Positions 56,607 through 64,000 of a stretch of DNA of 64,000 bases are shown one piece after another. Made by a program: the position numbers and the translations under genes. The notes below the pieces were generated by a model that was given only the letters and a program-made list of their open reading frames with translations, had not been told where the DNA came from and ran no database searches. The DNA is from Bdellovibrio sp. (GTDB taxonomy: Bacteria; Bdellovibrionota; Bdellovibrionia; Bdellovibrionales; Bdellovibrionaceae), in NCBI GenBank assembly GCA_036676395.1, contig JAKFCY010000002.1, forward strand, positions 2,144,001-2,208,000, given 5' to 3'. Every line of letters starts with the position of its first letter. Position 1 is the first letter of the stretch.

Positions 56607-57267
56607 AGTATCTATAGAATTTCTACTCGCATTGGGTATAAATGGGTATCAACAAATTACTCCAAAAGCTGAATGCAAACTACGCTTGCAGCAATCAATG
56701 GATCTGATTTATGAGCTGCCGACTGAACTAGTCTGTCTGCAATCACTTTTCACAGATGAACTTAAAGAAGTTATTTGGCTGCAAGCGATAAGTAAAGACA
56801 CTCCGACATTTGCTTCAGCGGCCTATCCAGAAGTACCTGGTAAAGTTTTTGTGACAACAGCATTATTTTATTATGTTCCGCCAACAACAGCTACGCTAAT
56901 TACTAATACATATTTTGCTTTTGAAAATATGATTCATGAATGCCTTCACCATCGTGGTGAAAAAATATTTACCGCATCGCCGCTACTAAGAGACTTAATG
57001 AAAAGCAGTGCTGAAATTAGTGTGTCTTGGCGGGCAACAACTTGGAGTTTTTCTCACGCCATTCAAGCTTACTATGTGTATCTTTGGATATTTAAACTTC
57101 GCCAATGGCGCTCGAACGATGTAAGCGAAAAAATTGAAATTCGCAAAATTCTGTCACAGTCATTGAATGATGTAAGTGTTATTATTAATGAACTTGAAAT
57201 CCAACTAAGCCAGATTTCGAAGGTCTCCCCTATTGAATTTCGTGCTTTACTAGAGAATCAATTTTAG
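56599..57267 (+). CDS. aKG-HExxH-type peptide beta-hydroxylase-like protein
   Basis: FASAAYPEVPGKVFV, ENMIHECLHH, SWR..W...AIQAYYVY; ATG 56599 overlaps the ABC stop codon. Confidence 0.7.
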   Translation: MPEVSIEFLLALGINGYQQITPKAECKLRLQQSMDLIYELPTELVCLQSLFTDELKEVIWLQAISKDTPTFASAAYPEVPGKVFVTTALFYYVPPTTATLITNTYFAFENMIHECLHHRGEKIFTASPLLRDLMKSSAEISVSWRATTWSFSHAIQAYYVYLWIFKLRQWRSNDVSEKIEIRKILSQSLNDVSVIINELEIQLSQISKVSPIEFRALLENQF

Positions 57268-57376
57268 TTAAACAACTAAAACCTAAATCAAATCACACAC
57301 TTGATTCACCAATTACCTCCTACCGCTGTTTTGTGCTATAATATCTAGTACAGCAGACTTACAGATAGGAGGACTT

Positions 57377-57592
57377 ATGGATTCAATGCGAATACTTATT
57401 GATACCGCAAAAGGACTGCTAGCTCTAGGCTTAATCATGTTAGGATTGTGGTTATTTGGCCAATCATTACTTATTATTTATGCGACCCTAGGAGACAACA
57501 TTGGCTTTCTTGCCTTAATTCCGACTGGCTTAGTGGTAGCGTACTTAATCGGTCACGCGATCACCGCGCAAAAAGATATTACCCACTACTAA
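57377..57592 (+). CDS. Small 2-TM membrane protein
   Basis: AGGAGG RBS; extended -10 TGCTATAAT upstream; paralog of 51141..51257. Confidence 0.75.
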   Translation: MDSMRILIDTAKGLLALGLIMLGLWLFGQSLLIIYATLGDNIGFLALIPTGLVVAYLIGHAITAQKDITHY

Positions 57593-57599
57593 ACACTGA

Positions 57600-58859
57600 C
57601 TAAAACAGATTCCAGAACTGGTTTGCGCTCCAAAATTTCAAATTCACGACGCGTGAACCAGTTCCTACTTTATCAGCAAGCTTATCGTCGGCAAATATGT
57701 TTATGGTGTAGTCTTTTAAATTCGGAGTGCCCGTAAGCTTGTTCATATCACTCTCGACCATTCCGCCATGGTTATCATCGACTTCATACCCGCCTAAGAT
57801 AGAACCTTCTTTAACCCGCTCTAAAAATGTTTCTTTAGGTATTTTAGTAAAATCAATTGAATCATGCGCATAAATTCCCGACACCGGTAAATGAATTGTG
57901 AGTGGCTCTTGGCTTACCAGAAAATGTCTGGTGATAGCGTCTAACTGACTGGTGCGAAGGCACTGGCTGTAAAAACCACCCATCATGATGACCGTGTTAG
58001 TGCTTAATACCGAATGTTCACCATTTTTTGAAAAATAAGCTCTGGTCGGATTTTTATCAGCTAAATACCAAGTTTGATCATGTACTCCGTCATCACTGAC
58101 TAAGTACACCACTGGCAAACCGCGCGATTTGGCGTGCTGAATAGTTGCATCAGCAAAAGTCTTAATCGATTTTTTATCGAAGATAGTTGTCGCATGAGTC
58201 ACCAGAACTAAAGGTTTTGTGATAATTGGGTCATGACCGGCATAAGCTTTTTTATCAAATTCTTTTAAAGTTCCATCTAACAAGGCATTTCTAAATTCAG
58301 CATTTCTATACCATTCAAATTCACGCTTATTGTCTAAGGTGTAATTCACTAATTGATTCAGAGCCATTATCGCATCAGCTTTAACTTGGTAATCGGGCGC
58401 ATTGTAATCTGTATAAATTGAGTTTTTATTTAAATGAAATAATACTTTTTTGAGTTGTGGTAATTCGGGAGTTAAGAATTTTTCTAAGGCCGGGTACACA
58501 ATCGTTAAAGCATCGTTGTCTAATTTTAGACAATTAAATTTGGCCCACATGGCTTTATCATCAATCGTGTCTAAATTAATCGTTAATTCTAAAACGCCCG
58601 CTTGCAGAGATTGATCACAAGTGCTCTTAAAACTGTAGTATTCATGTTTTGTTGAATAATTTAGCCAGAATTCACGTTTACCGTAACGATCGCCTTCAGC
58701 ATCACGTCTTTGGCGATACCACAGCTCATAGGGTTTTAACGGCGCATAAGGCTTGATAGACACTTTTAACACGCGATCCGTTATAACAGCCTTAACCTCA
58801 GCATGAGCTGAGGTAAGCCATAATCCGATCGTTAAAATTGCAAAAATCAAGTGTCTCAT
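57600..58859 (-). CDS. Exported hypothetical protein with possible isochorismatase-like C-terminal domain
   Basis: Signal peptide (..AHA-E); AKSRGLPVVYL and VIMMGGFYSQCL..DA resemble cysteine-hydrolase motifs. Confidence 0.5.
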   Translation of the reverse strand: MRHLIFAILTIGLWLTSAHAEVKAVITDRVLKVSIKPYAPLKPYELWYRQRRDAEGDRYGKREFWLNYSTKHEYYSFKSTCDQSLQAGVLELTINLDTIDDKAMWAKFNCLKLDNDALTIVYPALEKFLTPELPQLKKVLFHLNKNSIYTDYNAPDYQVKADAIMALNQLVNYTLDNKREFEWYRNAEFRNALLDGTLKEFDKKAYAGHDPIITKPLVLVTHATTIFDKKSIKTFADATIQHAKSRGLPVVYLVSDDGVHDQTWYLADKNPTRAYFSKNGEHSVLSTNTVIMMGGFYSQCLRTSQLDAITRHFLVSQEPLTIHLPVSGIYAHDSIDFTKIPKETFLERVKEGSILGGYEVDDNHGGMVESDMNKLTGTPNLKDYTINIFADDKLADKVGTGSRVVNLKFWSANQFWNLF

Positions 58860-58964
58860 TTTGATACTCTCTAAGTTATTCGTAAACCTAAAGTATACCT
58901 ATGAAAGAATCGTTCCCGTTTTTATGAAAATATAGCGCTGCTCGGGCACTATACCGTGTCGAAC

Positions 58965-60035
58965 TTATTTCATTTCCGGAATTTTATTGGCAAGAACGTT
59001 TAAGAATGCGTTTTGAAAGATCAATGGTTGGCCTGCAAGACTTACGTTATAAAAACTTTCAAGCTGTGAATTCGCATTTCTAAAAAAGTGATCTAAAACA
59101 GGAACTTCTTCGATCTGTACTTTCACTGCACGAGTCTTATTTATATCTGCAGAAAAAGACTGATGTTCTGGCCACTGAGAACCGACAAAATCAGCTTTGC
59201 CTAAAAGCATAAATACTTTAGCTGATGATTTTTTCCAGCTCGGATTCAAATCTAAATCTGCTAACTGCTGCATGTAAGTGAAATGCACCGGAAACTCTAA
59301 ATAAGGCGTTCCAGCTGGATAAACTTGTTTAATTTGAGCGGGAGTTTTTTTACCGATGTAAAATTCTTTTGCCACATAATCGCGAATTTGAATTTCTTGC
59401 GCCACTTGCTGGGCTGTGTATCCTGCTAAATATAACTGACGAATCGTGTTGGTGCGATCATAATCAGACCAACGTTCGGCTAAGGTTCCCATCACGATCA
59501 CCGCATAAGCCGAAACTTTTTCTAATAATAACGGCGCGATCACACCACCGATGCTATGACCAAATATTGAAACGCGGTCTGCGTTTACAAAAGAATAACT
59601 TTTTAACGCTGTTAACCCCGCAACATAGCCTGCCAGTTCGCGGTCAAAATTTTGTTCAGCACAAGGTTTACCTTGGCTATCGCCCATGCCGGTCTTTTCA
59701 ACTCGCATTGTGACAAAACTATTTTTACTCATAAATTCAATAATGTTCTTATAAGACTCGACATGCGGACCCGCCCCCGAAAAATCGAGTGAATAGCAGC
59801 CAAGCCCACCAATAAATAACAAGGCTGGGTGTGGCCCTGTACCCTTTGGCACAGTCACAATCACGCGCTGAAGTTCGCCGGCGATGTTTACTGAACCATA
59901 CTGAACTGTGTGGTCAGCACTGCTTTCTTGAGCCTTCGGAGCACCCAATTCATTCGGAATCTCAGCCGCTAGACTGTTAACTCCAGTTAAAATTACAACG
60001 ATACAAATTAGTTTAGAAAAATTTTTTACATTCAT
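58965..60035 (-). CDS. Exported alpha/beta hydrolase
   Basis: EKTGMGDSQG, GHSIGG nucleophile elbow, D and DH catalytic candidates; signal peptide. Confidence 0.85.
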   Translation of the reverse strand: MNVKNFSKLICIVVILTGVNSLAAEIPNELGAPKAQESSADHTVQYGSVNIAGELQRVIVTVPKGTGPHPALLFIGGLGCYSLDFSGAGPHVESYKNIIEFMSKNSFVTMRVEKTGMGDSQGKPCAEQNFDRELAGYVAGLTALKSYSFVNADRVSIFGHSIGGVIAPLLLEKVSAYAVIVMGTLAERWSDYDRTNTIRQLYLAGYTAQQVAQEIQIRDYVAKEFYIGKKTPAQIKQVYPAGTPYLEFPVHFTYMQQLADLDLNPSWKKSSAKVFMLLGKADFVGSQWPEHQSFSADINKTRAVKVQIEEVPVLDHFFRNANSQLESFYNVSLAGQPLIFQNAFLNVLANKIPEMK

Positions 60036-60145
60036 GGGTGCATAAAACCCTTTTTCAAAGCTTTCTGCTTGGAAAAAATTGCTCTTTAAATTGTAAAGCT
60101 CCTATGCCTGTTGAAACCCCGCACAGATGTGTGTACTGCATAGTT

Positions 60146-60991
60146 ATGAACGATGGCTTTAACCTTCACATTCAAAACCAGTATAATATCAGCACCCTGC
60201 TTAAGGCTGAACTGACCAACTTTACCGGCCAGACAGTTTGTGAAATGCCAGGCCTTGAATATGTGGTACCGTCGAATTTTATTTCTGAAATCCATACCCG
60301 CGGAAACACCATCAAGCCATCGCACAATAAGGTTTTACTGTTTAATGGAACCGAAAGACATACCGAAACTTATCAACAAGTCACTGGGCAAATTCAATCT
60401 GTCGTAATCGCTAAAGATTATTTAAATAAACTGTGTGAACCATTGGGCGTCAATGCTGCTGAAATTCTTTTTGATCCGATCGAACTAGAACAAGGCCAAG
60501 AAATTTCAATGTTAATGAAAAAGATCATTCATTTTTCTAACCCTGCATCTTTAGGAAGTTCATTAACCATTGACTGTCTAGCGACCGAATTAGCCCTTTT
60601 GACGCTGACTCGTTACCAACATAGTGATTCGCTGAAAATTAGCCGCGGCATTGATTCTGGGCATTTTCCGGATTCAATCGATAAAATGAAGCGCGTGATT
60701 AATAACCATGTAGGCGATGTTGAATTTAGCTTAGATAAATTATCAAAAGCAGTTGGCCTTAGCAAATTTCATATGGTGCGCGTATTTCGTAATGCTATTG
60801 GCGTGTCTCCGGCAAAATACCTAGCGCGTATAAAAATTGATTTAGCTAAAGAGCTTTTAAGTTCTACTAATAATACAATTATTTCTATTTCTACTGAACT
60901 TGGCTTTGATCATCTTTCAACTTTTAATAAATCGTTTAAAGCTAATACTGGCTTATCGCCAAGTCAGTTTCGCGCTAATCACAATGCTTAA
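60146..60991 (+). CDS. AraC family transcriptional regulator
   Basis: C-terminal double HTH (SKFHMVRVFR..GVSP; GFDHLSTFNKSFK..GLSPSQFR); start uncertain. Confidence 0.9.
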   Translation: MNDGFNLHIQNQYNISTLLKAELTNFTGQTVCEMPGLEYVVPSNFISEIHTRGNTIKPSHNKVLLFNGTERHTETYQQVTGQIQSVVIAKDYLNKLCEPLGVNAAEILFDPIELEQGQEISMLMKKIIHFSNPASLGSSLTIDCLATELALLTLTRYQHSDSLKISRGIDSGHFPDSIDKMKRVINNHVGDVEFSLDKLSKAVGLSKFHMVRVFRNAIGVSPAKYLARIKIDLAKELLSSTNNTIISISTELGFDHLSTFNKSFKANTGLSPSQFRANHNA

Positions 60992-62144
60992 AAAAATATT
61001 TTTCTATTTCGGCTTATTTTTCACTTTTTCTTCAAAAACTTTAGCTGAAGCTGTAACGATACCCTTTGAATTCGTCGACAATCGAATTTTTGTCTCAATC
61101 AAAATCAATGGCCAAGGCCCGTTTGTCATGGTGTTAGATACAGGGGCTTCAAATATCTTAGATGCGCAAACTGCCGCAAAATTAAATATATCAACTTACG
61201 ATTCATTTAACATCACCGGTGGTGGCGAATTTACGGCAACGGCTTCTTACGGCGATATTCAGCATATGGATATTGCAGGGCTAAAATTTTTAAATCAGAA
61301 ATTTTTAATCGTTGATCTTTCTGGTATGAAAAAAGCCATTGGTTTTAAAAATTTCGATGGCCTGATCGGTTACGAAGTTTTTATGCGTTATGTGGCCGAA
61401 GTTAATTTTGACAAACAGCAAGTAACTTTCACTTCGCATAATCAGTTTAATACAAAGCCTTCGGGTGAAATTATCCCGTTTGTTGGTTTTGATGGTGGTA
61501 TTCCTTTAGTTGAAGCTTCAATTGATGGTGTGCGCGGTAAATTCTGGCTAGACACCGGTGATCGCGCCGCAATGACTTTAACGACTCCGTTTATTCACGC
61601 TAATAATTTAAAAGCCATTTACAAACCCTCATTTGAACTGATCACCGGCTGGGGCATCGCTGGCCCGCTGCACACTCAAATTATTCGCGCTGGCCAAGTT
61701 ACTTTCGGCAATGAAACCTTTATCCGTCCCGTGCTGCGTCTGCCCACCGCTACGAAGGGTGGGATGACGGCAACGACATCAAATGGAACATTCGGCAATG
61801 AACTGCTAAAGCGGTTTAATTTAACGATTAACTATCTAAAGCAGCACATCGTGCTGAATAGAAATTCTTTTTATTCGAACACGCATGAATTCGACCGTAG
61901 CGGTATGTGGCTTATGCTGGATGGCGCAAACTTTAAGGTGCTCGATGTTTTTAGCGGAAGCCCTGCAGATAAAGCTGGCGTTCGCACCGGAGATCTCGTC
62001 ACCGCAGTTGACCAGAAACCCACTGTGACTTTATTTTTACCTACAGTTCGCGAGCACTTATCGAACCCGCAAACTAAGTCTGTCACAGTGAGCATCGAAT
62101 CACGTAAGGTAGTTATTCTTTTAGAAAACCTCTTACAGGAATAA
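60984..62144 (+). CDS. Exported two-lobed aspartyl protease with C-terminal PDZ
   Basis: LDTGA and LDTGD motifs, DGLIG, GSPADKAGVRTGD; ATG 60984 overlaps the AraC stop codon. Confidence 0.88.
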   Translation: MLKKIFFYFGLFFTFSSKTLAEAVTIPFEFVDNRIFVSIKINGQGPFVMVLDTGASNILDAQTAAKLNISTYDSFNITGGGEFTATASYGDIQHMDIAGLKFLNQKFLIVDLSGMKKAIGFKNFDGLIGYEVFMRYVAEVNFDKQQVTFTSHNQFNTKPSGEIIPFVGFDGGIPLVEASIDGVRGKFWLDTGDRAAMTLTTPFIHANNLKAIYKPSFELITGWGIAGPLHTQIIRAGQVTFGNETFIRPVLRLPTATKGGMTATTSNGTFGNELLKRFNLTINYLKQHIVLNRNSFYSNTHEFDRSGMWLMLDGANFKVLDVFSGSPADKAGVRTGDLVTAVDQKPTVTLFLPTVREHLSNPQTKSVTVSIESRKVVILLENLLQE

Positions 62145-62154
62145 GCAAATTAAC

Positions 62155-62853
62155 TTAACCTAGATCAAACAATAAAAATTCAGAATCAGCACCAGCTTTA
62201 AATTGGATAGCTTCTGCGTTTTCAAATTTCAGTGCATCCCCGGCTTTTACCGTCGCACCATTCACTGTTAAATCACCCTTAACCACTTGAATCCAGGCGC
62301 CGCGTGTTTCACGAAGTTTGAAATCTAAATCATCTCCTGCTTTTAAGCGCGAGATATATAAATCAGCGTCTTGATTAATACTGATCGAACCATCTCGGCC
62401 ATCTTGTGAAATCACGTGAACTAATTTTTGAGTGTTGAGTTCGGTTTCAAAAGATTTTTGCCCGTAACCAGGAGCACTGCCTTTAGCTTTTGGTAAAATC
62501 CAGATCTGAAAAAAGTGAGTCTCATCGGTTGGGTTTGCATTGTATTCAGAATGCACCACCCCCGTGCCTGCGGTCATACGCTGTACTTCGTTCGGGCGAA
62601 TCACCGTTTTATTACCCATCGAATCTTCATGTTGCAAACCACCACTGATGACATAAGAAATAATTTCGACATCACGATGCGGATGCGCCCCAAAGCCTGT
62701 ACCACCTTCGATGCGATCTTCGTTAATCACCCGAAGCGAACGAAAGCCCATTTGTTTAGGGTCATAGTATTCGGCAAATGAAAAAGTGTGAAGTGACTTA
62801 AGCCAGCCATGGTTTGCAAGACCGCGGTCTGCGGATTTTCTGATTTCTAACAT
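62155..62853 (-). CDS. Pirin family protein (YhhW-like)
   Basis: HGWLKSLHTFSFAEYYDP, HPHRD.EI, MTAGTGVVHSE, QIWI. Confidence 0.95.
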   Translation of the reverse strand: MLEIRKSADRGLANHGWLKSLHTFSFAEYYDPKQMGFRSLRVINEDRIEGGTGFGAHPHRDVEIISYVISGGLQHEDSMGNKTVIRPNEVQRMTAGTGVVHSEYNANPTDETHFFQIWILPKAKGSAPGYGQKSFETELNTQKLVHVISQDGRDGSISINQDADLYISRLKAGDDLDFKLRETRGAWIQVVKGDLTVNGATVKAGDALKFENAEAIQFKAGADSEFLLFDLG

Positions 62854-62953
62854 AATAGGCCTCCTTGATATAAAGTACTTTACGGTATTTTTGATTAGCT
62901 GAATAGACGGTTTAATCTAGATTTATTGTTCACTGTATTGTACAATCACCTGC

Positions 62954-63853
62954 ATGGATTTAAATGAAATTGCAATATTCGTCAAAGTCGTAGAATGCGG
63001 AAGCTTCGCTAAAGCTTCATTACAACTAAACATGCCTAAATCAACTGTCAGTACAAAAGTCTCTGCTTTAGAAAAGCGCTTAGGTGTAACCCTTATTCGC
63101 AGAACGACGCGAAAGCTTTTTGTCACTGATGCTGGCCTTGCCTATCACAAACAGTGTTTGCAAGCCTTAAACCAAATTACAATGGCCGATGAGCAAGTGA
63201 CGCAAACTCAAAGTACACCACAGGGACGACTTCGCATCACCGCCCCGGTTGAATTAGGTGGAGCGCTTTTACCTGCGGTGATTGAACAATTTCAAAAAAT
63301 GTATCCGGCTGTGCAGCTTGAAATTATTTTATCTGATCGAACTGTTGACTTGGTCGCAGACGGAATTGATCTGGCCATCCGCGCTGGAGATTTGAAAGAT
63401 TCAAGCTTGATCGCCAAAAAGATCGGCTCTGTCTATTTTGCCCCTTTCGCATCGCCCAAATATATTAAATCTTACGGTGAACCAAAAACCCCAAAAGACT
63501 TACAAAACCACCATTGTGTGCAGTTTACTCCGCTTGGCACTGAAAGCTGGAAATTAAATAGCTCTAAAGGCAGCCAGACTGTCACCATGACTAAAAGTCT
63601 GATGATGAATGATTTAAATTTAGTTAAATCATTGGTCGTAAGCGGATTAGGCGTAGCGCTCATGCCGACTTTTTATTGTTATGCTGAAACTGGTAATAAA
63701 AAACTAGTGCGCATTCTGGATGACTGGAAAAGCGAATCAAGACCTGTGCATTTTGTGTATCCGCACCAAGCCTTTGTGTCTAAAAAGCTAAGTGCTTTTT
63801 TACAAGTAGCTACCGGAATTATGCGCGAGAGCCTTGAGACTTATAATTTCTAA
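62954..63853 (+). CDS. LysR family transcriptional regulator
   Basis: FVKVVECGSFAKAS..L..PKSTVS..LEKRLGV.L.RRTTR; divergent from pirin. Confidence 0.95.
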   Translation: MDLNEIAIFVKVVECGSFAKASLQLNMPKSTVSTKVSALEKRLGVTLIRRTTRKLFVTDAGLAYHKQCLQALNQITMADEQVTQTQSTPQGRLRITAPVELGGALLPAVIEQFQKMYPAVQLEIILSDRTVDLVADGIDLAIRAGDLKDSSLIAKKIGSVYFAPFASPKYIKSYGEPKTPKDLQNHHCVQFTPLGTESWKLNSSKGSQTVTMTKSLMMNDLNLVKSLVVSGLGVALMPTFYCYAETGNKKLVRILDDWKSESRPVHFVYPHQAFVSKKLSAFLQVATGIMRESLETYNF

Positions 63854-64000
63854 TCGAGAAGTCGTAATAATACAGTTTATTTTCGGAAAGACCGCGGGCT
63901 ATTAACGATAAAGCTCCGCTTTCAGAAAATCTTAACGTGAAAACTAAAAACTGAAATAACATCTTTGGCAAAACCCAGCCTTTGGTTTCACGCAAGCGAT

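Overview
AT-rich bacterial chromosome segment, most consistent with a predatory Bdellovibrionota (Bdellovibrio/Pseudobdellovibrio-like). This is inferred from spoVG, DUF1844-degP, the moxR-bat operon, many secreted hydrolases and a standalone c-di-GMP riboswitch RNA. The first ~33 kb is mostly core genome: mscS, PilZ protein, amidase, rph-rdgB-prs-rplY-pth-ychF, Slt and MltD lytic transglycosylases, mrp, an ABC-F ATPase, the moxR-DUF58-batABCD operon and degP. A secreted ADP-ribosyltransferase gene sits among them. After spoVG and tRNA-Gln(UUG) lies an accessory, defence-like block (SF1 helicase-nuclease, PIN-like, HsdR_N-like and HEPN-like proteins), then mixed accessory genes. The best novelty candidate is a compact RiPP-like cluster at 52.7-57.3 kb. 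It has an unannotated 52-aa precursor, an aKG-HExxH peptide hydroxylase, a miniature ABC exporter, a divergent borosin-type methyltransferase, a 2OG-Fe(II) oxygenase and a HExxH metallopeptidase. Intergenic DNA also shows several probable unannotated RNAs: a merRNA-like orphan riboswitch transcript, a 5S loop-E mimic ahead of rplY, a ~52-nt sigma54-driven C-rich RNA and a ~90-nt sigma28-driven RNA. All family calls come from motifs recognised by eye; no database searches were run.
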